Shown here piece after piece: positions 39,706 through 64,000 of a stretch of 64,000 nt of DNA. The notes below the pieces were generated by a model. The model had not been told where the DNA came from and ran no database searches. It saw only the letters and a program-made list of their open reading frames with translations. The stretch lies in assembly GCF_009914755.1 (NCBI RefSeq), contig NC_060934.1; one strand, written 5' to 3'. Position 1 is the first letter of the stretch. Every line of letters starts with the position of its first letter. This DNA comes from the human T2T-CHM13v2.0 reference genome, Homo sapiens. The position numbers were made by a program, and so were the translations under genes.

Positions 39706-39915
39706 AGGTGAGGAGGAACAGGAGCAGGAGGAACAGGAGTAGGAGGAAGGAGAGGAGAAAGGGGTGGAAGAGGAGGGGGAGGAGGAGGAGGAGGAAGAAA
39801 AAGGAGAAGGAGGAGAAGGGAGAAGAAGGAGGAGGAGGAGAAAAGAAAAAGGAGGAGGGAGAGAGGGAGCGGGGGGAGGAGGAGGAGGAGAAAAAGAAAG
39901 AAGGAAGACGAGGAA
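39706..39915. repeat. GA-rich (GGA)n low-complexity tract
   Basis: About 210 bp of nearly pure purine. Confidence 0.92.
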
Positions 39916-41975
<2,060 letters not shown>

Positions 41976-42709
41976 GAATTGCAGGTAGACACTGTGACAC
42001 TGAATTAAGGGCATCATGCTAACTTTTTAAGTCTAACTTCTCTCCCATAATGTGCACCTATTATATTCTTCATTGAGTTAGTATTTTTCTGTGGATTTTG
42101 TGCAAATAAATTATAATGAAATGCCTTTCAAAGAAATCCCAACAGAATAAGGAAAAACAGTGGCTGTATATACCTAATGATGTATTCCTAGGGCTAAATC
42201 AGACCTTGCACATTTCATTTCATGGATGTCTAGTCAGACTAATCAATTTGGTCATGAAAAACTGTGTGTAACTGAAAATTCGGCACATATGCATGAAGAG
42301 AAATTGAAATTTCATGTATCTCACTCAGAAATAGCAGATCACTGACGATCATAAAGACTCATTTCAGAAGAATTAAGAGATGTTCCAGGCGAAATCATAA
42401 TTTGGATTATTTTGGTACATAATTGCTGATCTTATTATCTAGCACACCACATACTGAGAGAACTTCAGAATCCTGCAAAGTTAATTCACGATATGGCATC
42501 CTAGGACATTACATTGGAAGTGAGTGGTCCACAGACAAGAATGTAGAGCAGCAGTGAGAACTAGTGGAAAGAAACCAGGGGTCAGGCAATCAAGGTTTTC
42601 CCCCTAAACCTGCCTGCCTCCCCAACCCCTGCCACCCCATGCACCCGCCACAACCACCACCACCACTATGTGACATGACCACCTCCTCCGTGAAAACAGG
42701 GTAGGGAGG

Positions 42710-43053
42710 AGTATATTACTCTACTAGGGCTGCCATAACAAAATATCACAGACTGGGTGGCTTAAACAACAGAAATTTATTTCGCACAGCTTTGGAGGCT
42801 GGAGGCCTAAGATCAAGAAGTTAGTAGGGTTGGTTTCCCTGAAGTCTCTCTTCTTGGCTTGTAGATAGTTGCCTTCTTGCTGTGCCCTCACCTGCACCCA
42901 CATATTTGGTGTCTCTTCTTCTTCTTATAGGGACACCACTTATATTGAATTAGGGCCCCACCCTAAAGACCTTATCTTAGTCATATCTTTAAAGGTACTG
43001 GGGGTTAGGACTTCCACATGTGAATTTTGAATGGACACAATTCAGTCCATAGC
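42710..43053 (-). mobile_element. MLT1A-type MaLR solo LTR
   Basis: agggctgccataacaaaatatcacagactgggtggcttaaacaacagaaatttattt...ggacacaattcagtccatagca. Confidence 0.88.
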
Positions 43054-43112
43054 AGTAAGTTGACTGACATTCTAGGGTTTTACAACAACTCTCAATTATT
43101 TCCTCTCCTTGC

Positions 43113-43746
<634 letters not shown>

Positions 43747-44090
43747 AGTATGGTTTTTAGATGAGTAAATCTCTTGTTAATTTTGGAAGCTGCTGAACCA
43801 ACATCTCCTCCAACATCTCCTCCTCCACCTCCCTTTTGAACTTCAGTAAGATATTGTAAGCATTTGTAACAGAGCAGTTTCTGGAGCAATTAACCTGGCC
43901 AGGTATAACAAGTACCTCATTCTCTGAGCCTAGTGGTGAACTGGGAGCTAGTGATGGTCTTCCCTGAGCTTTGAGCCTCAAACTTTTCCAATGGTTTTTT
44001 AAATCCCCCACTGCCTGAAATATCTATAGTAATTTTTGTTTCCTGACTGAACTCTGATACAACTAAACACAAAACACATTTAAAATTCTG

Positions 44091-44190
44091 ATCCTTTCAT
44101 AGTTCATAAGCATGATTGGGTTTTCACACTATGTGTAAGATGTGCCTCCATCAAACCTTGTTAGGATGTTGGCATATCACCCATCTGATG
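44091..44190 (+). pseudogene. U13 (SNORD13-like) box C/D snoRNA retrocopy
   Basis: ATCCTTTCATAGTTCATAAGCATGATTGGGT...AAACCTTGTTAGGATGTTGGCATATCACCCATCTGA is colinear with remembered U13; terminal D box CTGA; short A-rich tail follows. Confidence 0.85.
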
Positions 44191-44212
44191 TGGGGGGAAA
44201 ATAAAAGTTCAA

Positions 44213-44353
44213 TGTAGTCCCAGCTACTCAGGAGACTGAGCCAAGAGGACCACCTGAGCCCAGGAGTTCGGGCTGCTGTGGGAAATGACTGAACTTGTGA
44301 ATATCACTGCACTCCAGCCTGGGCAACAGTGCAAGACCTAGTCTCTGAAAAAA
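44213..44353 (+). mobile_element. FAM (fossil Alu monomer), 5'-truncated
   Basis: Contains the FAM-diagnostic gtgaata..cactgcactccagcc segment that dimeric Alus lack. Confidence 0.7.
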
Positions 44354-44769
44354 CAGTTCTAGAGACAAATGACAATCCACATAAAGTTAGTGTTTCTTTC
44401 GTTGGAAGTTACAGAAAATGACTCAAGCTAGCATCAGTTGAGGGTGGGAGAAAAAAATTTTATTATAAAAATTCAGGCTTACAGAACTCAAAAATAGAAA
44501 TGCAATCAGTAATCAGTCCTAAGAAAGTACTAGAATGAATCCTTTGGAAGGACAGCAGGAACCTGGCAGCATTCTCAATAAACGTCTTGTTTCTTTGCCT
44601 AAAGGTTTTCTTCACTGCCTTTTCTAAGTGGTGGAGAGCATGTAAATTCAAATCCCAAGTTTTCCCTTCTACTGCATTCAAGAAGCCCAATCTGAGATTG
44701 AAATCCTTCCGTTCCAAACCCATATCTCGCAAAAAGAAAATCTGATTAGTCCAAGTTAAATTTCTTTTT

Positions 44770-45454
<685 letters not shown>

Positions 45455-46252
45455 ATCAGCTTGAATTTCATCTTCTTTCCACTTATCACCTTTGGCAGTA
45501 GGGGCATGTTCAAACAGCAGCAGCGAAACTATTTGAACCACCCTGAGGTTGGCGTGGGAAGTTTCCGGGGAGAATAGATAATCAAGAAAACAACAGTGTC
45601 AGGTGTCTACTGAGGAAAATTGTGCAATACATATACGTGTTACCTGGGCGCTATCCAGGACTACCATGTGTGGTTATGCGGGTTACTCACACGCAGCACA
45701 CTTGGCTGAGGATTAAGTAGGATCTGAGCTTGGTGCCCCAAGCTGAAAGCTCTGGTGTGGGCTGCATTCACTCAGAGGAAGAGGTTCCCTTTTAAAATTA
45801 GCACAAGAGTGCTTCACCAGCTTTCAGGAAGTAGCTCTAGTAATCGTTTTAAAAATATATTAATATGCTTTTCTTTTCCTAGTGATGGAATGAGATTTTT
45901 TATCTTTTTTTTTTTTTTTTTATTCTGAGGCAACCATTTGCTCTGGAGAGAATGTGGACTGTTAGGTCACAAATGGAAAATAGGATGAAAAAGTCAATTT
46001 TCAGATTTTATAAAGCAAACTAGGATCTTAAAACCAGTCATGAGAAAATGGCCTGGCAAGTCAGACTTTATTATAAGAAGAGGATTTCAGAATTTTAAAA
46101 GCATCCTTTCATATATCAAAAGCAAGGCTTAGATGTTGGGAAATTGAGTTTTATTATAAAGCTGTGTATAGAGAAGATCCAAATCATGAAAAGGAATTAG
46201 AGAGCCCAAGACTCAGGGAAGGAGGAGAAAGAAAAGCAATAAAGAGGGAAAA

Positions 46253-46570
46253 GGCTGGGCGCGGTGGCTCATGCCAGCACTTTCGGAGGCCGAGGCGGGT
46301 GGATCATCTGAGGTCAGGAGTTCGAGACCACCCTGGCCAAAGTGGTGAAACCCTGTCTCTACTAAAATTACAAAAATTAAGTGGACATGGTGTTGAGTGC
46401 CTGTAGTCCCAGCTACTTGATAGGCTCAGGCAGGAGAATCGGTCGAACCCAGGAGGCAGAGGTTGCGGTGAGCAGAGATTGCACCACTGCACTCCAGCCT
46501 GGGCGACAGAACAAGACTCCATCTCAAAAAAAAAAAAAAAAAAAAAAGAAAAGAAAATAAAAGAAAGAAA
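46253..46570 (+). mobile_element. AluS
   Basis: Alu consensus. Confidence 0.9.
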
Positions 46571-47056
46571 GGGGGAGGGGAAGGTTTAGGTTCACCTTCT
46601 GGGAAGAAACGTCCAAATAAGTTTTTGGGACTCAGTCTAGGGGTGCTTTCTCCTGACTTCTCAGTGCATAATCCAAGAAATCAAAAGCCCCTTTGAAAAC
46701 ACTCTCCATTCAGTAAAGGCGAGAGACACATGACTGCATCCAAGTGCTAATTTTGAAATGGTTGAGGAGGTTTCTAGGCAAATGGGCCCAAGATAGTGCC
46801 TGCATTCCCTAATAACTGCAGATCTTTGTAAAAAATCAAAAGTTCACACAAGCCTCCATGGGGCACGTGGAAAAGCTAAGAGAACTGAAATTCCAAAGAA
46901 GACCTGGGGTCAGAATATAAAAGCTGCTTGTTACAGGGACTTTACAACTGGAGACCAGGGCAGGAAAAGGAACCTTAGAATTTAGCAGTTGATGTTGACA
47001 GAGTGCCTAAAGTAATCATGTGGGACAAGCTACACATCCATGATCTCCAGCACTGA

Positions 47057-47720
<664 letters not shown>

Positions 47721-48039
47721 CCTGCTTTGATGGTACATGAACTTCCCCTCAACCAATGCCATTTGATAAGGAGGATTGAGAGGGGAGGCATTTTCAAGGT
47801 AGAAAGGCAGCCTGGTAGAAATCTAGGAATAGATAGATTATCTAACAAAAGGAACTAGTATGGACTGAAAGAGACTGTGCTTAAACAGGAGAAGGCTGAT
47901 TTGCTTTTCCCTGGCAATACAAAGATTTTTCTTGCACTTTCACTTGGACTGGGGCTTGAGAACAAGATGAGTTATAAATAATACAACTTTTTTTTGTATC
48001 TGATACACAGTTTGTAAGTTTTTACCTTACTACATATGA

Positions 48040-48620
<581 letters not shown>

Positions 48621-48624
48621 GATT

Positions 48625-52260
<3,636 letters not shown>

Positions 52261-52379
52261 CAAGAGTATGTTACTGCATTTTCTTTCTGCTCTTCCCTTT
52301 TGTGTGTGTGTTTGTGTATGTGTTTGTTACTGCATTTCAAAGCCTTCTAGAGAGGTCTCATTCCCCAGATTTTCCCTTT

Positions 52380-54582
<2,203 letters not shown>

Positions 54583-56499
54583 TAACCATATATTCTGGAG
54601 ATCATTCTATATCAAACATTAAAAACTTCCCCATTATTTTTCGTGCTATTCCACTGGTCATAATTATTCAGTCAGTCTCATGTTGAAAGACATTTAAATT
54701 GTTTTTAATCCTCGACTATCACCACAATATTGCAATAAATAGTTTTTATTTTACACAAGGAAATCTAGCCCTGTATGTTATTAAAACAATTTAAGTGCTA
54801 CTATAATTAAAATGGCTTGGTAATGGTACATAAATAGTTAAAGAGATAAGAACAAAAGAATAGAAAATTCAGAAACAGGCCCTAAAATATATACGAACCA
54901 GTATTTTCTGGTTTTGAGGACAATTCCATTATTATTTGGAACACACCAGCCTATTGCAGGCAAGAAAAACATTCAGTTTCTGAAGGAAAACAGTCCAACC
55001 TTTTAGTTCTGACTAATCCTGGCTGAAAATAGTTTACTGGATTTGGCTTTATTGAAATAAACAAAAGCTTGAGTTATCAAAAAAAGATCTGCATTGCAAA
55101 ATTAATTTTTATGTAATAGAATTTCCCCCTTTTCCCACTGTTTCCAGAGTTTCCAACAGCATATAACTTTATAAAGTTAATTTTTGCTGTTATGGTAAAA
55201 TATATATAACACAAAAATGAAAATGACCATTTTAACATTTTATAAGTATCCAGTCCAGTGGTATTGAGTATATTTACTGTTATTGCAACCATCACCACCT
55301 TTTTCCCGAAGTGAAACTCGGTACCCATTAAAAAATAGCTCCAGGCCAGGCATGGTGGGAGGCTGAGGTGGGGGATCACTTGAGCTCAGGAGGTTGAGCC
55401 CAGCCTGGGGAGCAATCAGGTGGACAATAACTAGAGCCAACAAGAATTTATCCATGCAGTGTATTGGCAAACACCAGATCTAATTTATTTTGAAGATGAG
55501 TAACAGAATAAAAATAATTAAAACAACACAATCTAAAACAACTTTTGAAGGTTTAGAAACACCCTACAGCATAAATGGAAAGGAATAATTCAGAAGAAAA
55601 ACATATTTTTAGTATAAAACAAAAAGAAAAATTTCAGTTCAAGAAATATAATTAAATTTCAAAGAGCATGAGTTTTTTGTTTAAGAAAAATCTAGAAAAC
55701 ATTGACTCTGTTGACAAAAGGGATGAACAATATGAGAAGCCAACTGAAGGAGCTGCAAAAGGACCTGACTGACGGGTGTGCCCATGGAAACAAAGGAGCC
55801 AGCTGACCTGCCTGTGGCACTTGTGCCAGAGCCCCGGAAGTGTTGATGTAGAGGCCAGTCCTACAGAGGAAAGACTGGCACAGAGTAGGCTGTCAATCAA
55901 TACTAAGTAGTATACTTCAAGTAAAGCTGTTAGGAAAGAGAACGGATGGTGCAGAAGTACACAAAAAAGAAAACCCCAAGGAAATGAAACAAACAAAACT
56001 GCAATTAAATGATGTGTTTATGGGAGTAGAAAGCAGAATTCACGTTGCAAAAATTGAATCAGTGATATTGGAACACAAGTAAATAAAAGTGTATCCATTT
56101 AATAGGTAAAAAGAAGAGAGTTATGCCTTTTATATTGTTAAAAGATATACATCGCACTCAAAAATAACTTTATGCATTAAATAGAAAAACTGTAAAATGT
56201 ATATAATTGACACTCTTAGAAATACAGGTAGAAGTTAAGAGACATCAATTCATGGGTGGAGATTTCCCAAATGCTTTCATAAAAACACTTAAATAAACCA
56301 CACACACCCACAGTTGAAAACATTTTCTAGTAATGAAAACATATATTCCAAAATTTAGTATTTTAATGATGAAATTGTGTTTCACATACTCGTGCACTCT
56401 AAACATTTTGTAATATAAAAATGTGACTTTTAAAACTGGAAAATATAATTTGTTACACATTTTCAAACACAAACTTTTAAATGGAGCAGCAGCACAATG

Positions 56500-56780
56500 T
56501 AACTTGGAATCTCTCTCCTAATGTCTAAATGTAATGTGATGTTCTAAATTGTATCCTGGAACAGAAAATGAATATTAAATAAACTGAGGAATTCTGAACA
56601 AGTATGATTTTTATATATCAATAATTCATCAATATTGATTCATTAATTGTATCAAATATACCATACTAAGATATTAACAATAGAGAAAACTGGGTTTGGG
56701 GCTTTACAGGAACACCATACTATCGTCACAAATTTTCTGTAAATCTAAAATGGTTCTAAAATTAAAATTCTATTTAAATC
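56500..56780 (+). mobile_element. L1MC-type 3'UTR fragment
   Basis: aaatgtaatgtgatgttctaaattgtatcctggaacagaaaa...ttttctgtaaatctaaaa. Confidence 0.65.
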
Positions 56781-58228
56781 AATGGCAATATATAAAATTA
56801 ATTAAATCTGAATTGTGGAAAATATAGCTTTTATTATAATTTTCCTTGATAGCTTCTGAAGACGAAGCTTTTATTTTCTATTTTTAGGTGAAATTGCACA
56901 CATTTTCAGTCTAACTTTATTGTAACAATATTTGCAATACTAAAAGTTTTATAACTTATAGATTCATAATAATGCAAAGCAAAGCATACTGTTGGTTTTA
57001 TTTTTGGAATGCTATATGAAACACATAACCTCTTACTTAAGATTTATAATAACAATTCTATGGTATTTCATAAGGGAATATAATTTCCATAAAATATAAG
57101 TTAATTTTATCTCAATGATTGTGAAATGGTTAACAAATATCCAAGCTGAAATAAGAATCTGTTTCTAGATTAGAAAGAAATATAAACTATATAATTCTTT
57201 ACTTTTAAAATATTATAGACATGACTAGTATTGTAATAATGACAAAAAAGTATCAAATATTTTACATATATTCTGTAATCTGCCCTTAACAAAATTCTTT
57301 AACTTAACCTTTTTGAGAGGAGCTACCTATGAAGTCTAAAAACGTTTAATTCAAATTTGTTTTAATATCAGCAACTCTTCAACCTTTTCCTGACCCTGCC
57401 AAGAAATTTGTCTTCCTAATATCTCTTACTCTGTAAATTTCTCTCTATTTCTTTGAGAGAGAGAGAAAGAGACTAAGACAGAAAGAGAGAATTTATAGGA
57501 AAATAAGATAGGAAGGGTTATAATAACAGCTTCCTTTGATTTCTCCATCCTGAAGTCCCCATTTTCGTCTCTGAGAGCTGATCTGGAATAGGGTAGGCTA
57601 TAGGGACAGAGAAAATCAGAGTGCTAGAAAGAGCTAGGAAGGGAAGAGGTGACCTGAAGATCAAATACTGAAGAAGGGGCTAATAGATGGCAAGGAAAGT
57701 GGTGAGCACAGCATGCAGTAGATGGGGTTCTAGTTAGTGAAGACCCACAGGGTGGAGGGTAATCCCATGCAAGGGTCAAGTGTAATTCAGTGACAACATA
57801 GGCAGCATGGGAGACCTACCACAGTGAACCAGCGATTGGCACGTTTGTAAGGACTGTGTTCAGATTGCGGGTTTTTTTTTTTTAAAGATTAAGTGATCTT
57901 GAAATTGACATTCCATGTCATTTTAAAAGATAAATGGTAAAGCAAATGTTTTATTCACGTGTCTTTATTTCTCCCCTCCATACTTTTCCCTCCACTCTTC
58001 TTTTTTTAATGTGGAAGTTTAAAATCCCATCTTACATTCATTTTTTTAGAAGTAGAAATAATGCGAAAACTTCACTTGGATAGGGAACGCTTGAGTAGAG
58101 CTGCGTCATTATTTAGTCTTTACTGCCGCTTAGTGGTAAGGAAGAGACAAAAGTTGACTGAGAGGATCAATTGAGCAAGTCAGCGAGTGATAGCGATGCA
58201 ACCCAGATTTATTGAAGAGTAATTGTAA

Positions 58229-58606
<378 letters not shown>

Positions 58607-59396
58607 GAATTTACTTTCTACGACAAAGTTTTATGTTATAAGCATTGTATGACTTTTAGTATTACCTGAAACGTAATGAAGTTTGGGCAAGTGTTGTTGG
58701 TTGTTTTTGTATTGTGATTACAGAACTGCATTTTGAGAGGCTGAATATAAACTGAATGCATCCTTAGCTGCTGGCCTAGAAACTTAACGTCCCCTGAGTG
58801 AAGCTGCACATTGGGAATTGCGGGTGGTAGAACACGTTTGTTAAAATAGTTTGTTCTCTTCTTATTTTATTATATTATGCCTTAATTTGTAGTAATTTAT
58901 TAATATGTCGTATTTCCCTTAAGCTTCCTAATGTCAAGACTGTTATCATTTTTTGTGTTTCTTAATGTCTTGTCCATAATTGCTGCTCAATAGATGTTTG
59001 CTCAGTTAATCTCATCGAATAAGGCAAAACAATGTCATTTTAACTATTAATTAAGACTGGCTCTGCATTAGCAGAGCAGGGACTCTAAAGTATGTGTCTC
59101 AAAAGCACTTTTTATCCCAAAATCATTAGGCAACTGTAGAACTAGAGATCACAGAAAAGGTGTTGGAGTGAAGTCATTGAATAACCTTGGATTTACTCAT
59201 ACGTGCTCTAACCAAATGGATACAGATCAGAGAGTCTTAGCGTTAAAACAGGCCATAGACATCACCTAAACCAATAGTTAAACCAGAAAAAATATTCCAA
59301 GGAACATTTGGAAGGTGTATTGAACTGTTAAAAACCTGAAAGTTAAGAGAACTAAGAATCCAAATGGTGATTGCTTGAAAAAAAAAAAAAAATGTT

Positions 59397-59676
59397 AGCA
59401 GGACACCATGGCTCAGTCTTGTAATCCCAGCACTTTGGGAACCCGAGGCAGGAGGGTTGTTTTAGGCTAGGAGTTCCAGACCAGCCTGGGCAACAGGTAA
59501 GACCATGTCTCTACAAAAAATGAATAAATAGCCAGATAGGGTGGTGTGTCCTTGTAGTCTCAGCTACTTGGGAGGATTGCTTGAGCCCAGGAGTTCGAGG
59601 CTGCAATGAGCTGTGATCGTACCACTGCACTTCAGCCTGGGTAACACAGTAAGACCCTGTCTCAAAAAAAAAAAAG
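59397..59676 (+). mobile_element. AluJ
   Basis: Diverged Alu consensus. Confidence 0.88.
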
Positions 59677-60594
59677 CCATCTCACAAAAGAATACTACTA
59701 ACTACTACTGCAAAGAACATATACTTTTAACAAAGGTAGCTTCATGTGGTTTGTGTGCATTTTTAAATATTTAAAAGTGATCCATGCTTTATACGCTGTT
59801 CTAAATGCTTCTGTAACATCTCGGATTTATTTCAGTTTGAACCTTTAATGTATTGCTTAAGCAAGTGGGTGAGGGAAGTGTGAACCCTGCCTGCCTTCTC
59901 TCAGCTCTCCCTCACTGAAGATGGGAACGCAGCCCTCCTCAGTGGCACCTGGGACCCCTGGCTGCAGTGGCCAGGTGACATTCCTGTGGAGAAAAGCACT
60001 TTAGGACCAGTCTGCAGATGCCCTAGCATGAATCTTCTGCTTTACCGTGAAGCCTGGGAGAAAACAAAGGGGAAAAATGTGAGAAGAACTACGCTGCCCT
60101 TCCTGAATAGAAACCTGTTGTGCAGAGGCACATGCAGCTGAGGACAGAGCTCAGCATTTTACGTTAAATTTGCACATAGTTTCTGTGACCTCATCTGACA
60201 GACTGTTTTTGAGCTCCCTGTTGCCAATCTGTCTATTTTCCTGTTCACTTAAACCTAAGGGAATACATCAGCTGCAAGAGGTGACTCTGTTGCACTGTTG
60301 CTCCTGTATCCTCTTACGGCTGTCACAATGACACTGATATCAGACAGTGACATGAACCTTGATGTATGGTACATGCAGAGGAAGAATGTGCCATGGTTAG
60401 CCCAGCAGTCGTTACATGAGCTAAAATTGTGATAAGGGAAAAAGAAACACGTGTCAAACACCACATTCAAGGTACCCAGAAGTGAAAATGGAATAATCTT
60501 GACCGATTCATGATGGCAAAGCCACATTGCCTGTGTCATTCATGATCCTTCTCTATGATCTGTGTTTATGGAGTAGATCTATGTATAGCCTCTC

Positions 60595-61040
60595 TTACAT
60601 AGAATAAGGTTCAATTGAAGGTGACAGAGAATCCCCAAAATAACAGTCCCTTAGAGAAGTTAGCATACTTCTTGCTCATGTAAAATCAGGCAGAGGCTTG
60701 GCCATCCAGGTTTGCTGTGGCAGCTCCGCTTCGTGAGCCATCAAAATTCCGCACTCCCCAGCTGTGCCCAGGACACAGCTCACTTCCTCATAGTCACATA
60801 CGACTGCTGGAGCTCCAGGAAACACAACTGCATCCCAAGCTGCAGTCATGAAAAAGGAGTAGAAAAAACAAAAGACCTCCTCCCGTAAGGAAAGTCCCTG
60901 GAAGTCACAGACAAACAATTCCGCCTCTACCTCACTTTCCCGACTTTAGTTCCATGGCCACACTGACCTGCAAGGGAGGCTAAGAAGTGTAGTATCTACA
61001 TGAATGATGATGTTATCAACTGAATATGTGGGGCTATAGT
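60595..61040 (-). mobile_element. Old MLT1J/K-like LTR
   Basis: gtgacagagaatccccaaaataacagt...ttagttccatggccacac...tgcaagggaggctaagaagtgtagt. Confidence 0.65.
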
Positions 61041-61300
61041 TACTAACAAAAAATGAGAGAATAAATATCGGGAAGAAACTAGGATTTTTAGACACACAGA
61101 ACACTCATTCTGTAATCGTAATGATTTCTTTTTAAGAAACTATTTTACATTAACAAGAAAAGACTTGTGAAATCCAACAGAACACTGAGAAGCATATGAA
61201 TAGGTAAATCAAAGTAGGAAAAACTTTAATAGGTTGAAAAGATGTGAAGGGAAACTCAGAAAAATTAGTGATCAGATAAAGGACACAAAAGAGCACTTTA

Positions 61301-61606
<306 letters not shown>

Positions 61607-62538
61607 AGCACTTTATATCAGTTTATTAATTTTAGAAATTTGGATTATGCCAAAATTACTGGAAATGTATGTGGACATGTCATGTTTTATCTCAAGGATT
61701 CAGACACACTTGGAGATTTTCTTCGTACTTAGTGAAAATAATTATGCATATACTTTATGTCCCCAACCATCAAATCCTGGGAATATTCCCCTGACAAGAA
61801 GCCATAGAGGACATTTTCAAAGATCTTATTTGCAACATTTATTGTACTGCAAAGTATGCTAAATTTAGATGGCTTTTACTTGGAGAATTTATGCATAAGA
61901 CATGGTTGTGTTTATTGTATACATTTATATTGATATACATATATATATTTCTCTGTATATATCATAGCTTTTACATACAATTTTATGTAAATGTATTTGC
62001 AGGTGGCAAGAGGACCCAATGGTCCCTAGTATAAATGTATTTGCATCTGTTTTTTGCTTGCGTGTGTTTATTTTCTGATTGTGTTTATTTTATACATTTA
62101 TATAGATGTATATATTTTTCTTTATATATATTATAGCAATTACACACAATTTCATCATGATGCAATATAGCTATATTAACTATATATTCTATAGAAAATA
62201 GATATTTGTGCACATATATGCATACATACATACAAATAAAGCACTATTAGTAGGCCTCAAAAACAGTGTTGTGTGAATACAGTGAGTATATTCTAAGAAC
62301 TGGATGGCTGTCTATAAATAAATGACTTAAGCATGCTATTTCTCCCACTCCTACACTTACCAAGATGAAAGGGTTTTCCCAGCTTTTCATTTGAATAAAC
62401 TCTTGGAAATGGGATTCTCTTTCTTTGATTATTTCAGGTGGACAAATTTATACCAAAATCGTGGGCTTTTATAATCAATATCTTTATGATTGTTTTTCCT
62501 AAATATTATTTTTTTAAAAAAATGTTAAGTTGTATCCC

Positions 62539-62858
<320 letters not shown>

Positions 62859-64000
62859 TTAAGTTGTACCCCTTGCTTGCCTTTTATTTTCCACAAGCAG
62901 ATGAAACTCCTCCCCCACAAGCAGATGGAAGAACCTGTGCAGCGTCACTTCAGGGAAGCTACATGGCAGGGTGGAAGTAGAATGGACCTGCGCATTTTTA
63001 AAGCATTTTTTTACTTTGGTTCTTGGAGGACCCAAGGGGCTTGTAAAGAAGAAGAAGTGGGTGGACTGTGAGTTCGTAGCTAAAAGAAGGAGAGAGATGA
63101 CCCAGCAACCTAGAAAAGCAGGAAGAAAGTGTGTGTTCCACCTTCCTCTCCTCTCCAGAATTCTGCAGGGTCTGGAGAAGAACAGAGGGGTCTCCGGCCC
63201 CCAGGAGAGGGCCTAAGCCAGACCCTGCTGAATGCAGAGAGCTATCTGCATGGTGAGTATCCAGGCAGACAGGACATGGGGCGGCTTCACATAGGATTCC
63301 CCCAGTACGGTGACGTGTAGAAGCAGCAGCGAGCCAGCACTCCTGAAAGAGACGCCTGAGGTCAACTCTTCTTTCCTGAAGAGGCTTTGCTCCTGAGGAG
63401 TCCCTGTACTTCTCTTTCTGCCAGAGTAAACCCAGCTCCCACACACTTACTGTCAAGGCAGGTGACAACTCTATAGCATCCCCAGGAATCATCAAAATCA
63501 GAACTGAAGACCCGGAGCATAGGCGGTTGGCTGCTGAGGAACCCCCAACGAAGGCAAGATGGTGGGGTCCTTGCAGACCTCAGGTCTTGCTATTCTCCAG
63601 TGAGGAAGGAGGAGACTCCAAATGGTTGCTATCACCCAGACCTCCTCCCCACAATGTTCATGCAGAGGGGATGAGACAGAAGAGCAACTGGCTGCCTGGC
63701 CACTCACCTCTGATACTTGGCTGTATCCTCCATGTCTCACTCTAGGACTGTTACTCACTTCCTGGTGCTCTGGGACACAGCAGAGAGGGCTGACTGGCTG
63801 TTCCGGAATGAATGGAGATGCCAAAAGCCTATGGAACAGGGTAATATCAGGTGATCTTCCATTCAAGTCCTATCTGGTTGGTACCTCCATGAGATTTTAA
63901 AAGTAGAAAAGATGGGCTTTCTGGAGGTCCATGCACTTCAGCCTGGTCTTTGGATGCAGAGGCCAGCTGGGAAGCTAGCAGTGCTTCTGGCCAAGACTAG

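Noticed and set aside
62998-63900. 165-aa, 122-aa and 92-aa ORFs near the right edge as a processed pseudogene
   Set aside because: No recognisable protein similarity, polyA tail or TSD; a TBLASTN/BLASTX search would be needed to revive the idea.

Overview
Primate (human-like) genomic DNA containing the 5' end of ABI1 (Abl interactor 1) on the minus strand. Coding exon 1 (36671-36787, [39 protein letters not shown]) lies in a CpG-island promoter. About 36.7 kb of intron 1 lies to its left (exon 2 is not in the window) and about 27 kb of upstream DNA to its right. Most of the rest is transposon-derived: roughly 70 Alu/FLAM/FAM copies, old L1M and L2 fragments, MIRs, MST/MLT1 LTRs, a near full-length Tigger1, Charlie1a, Tigger4a, MER58A, MER5 and MER33. 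Almost every other ORF in the track is an Alu, L1, Tigger or low-complexity artefact. The most notable observations are a 145-bp mitochondrial 16S rRNA insertion (NUMT) inside an Alu that carries a disabled humanin start, an overlapping upstream ORF across the ABI1 start codon, a non-Alu 34-bp hairpin about 1.4 kb upstream of the promoter, a U13 snoRNA retrocopy, a 20-nt polyA-tailed micro-insertion with a perfect 15-bp target-site duplication (TSD), and several unusual insertion scars. I see no convincing new multi-gene system. Repeat family names come from remembered consensus sequences and repeat boundaries are approximate.
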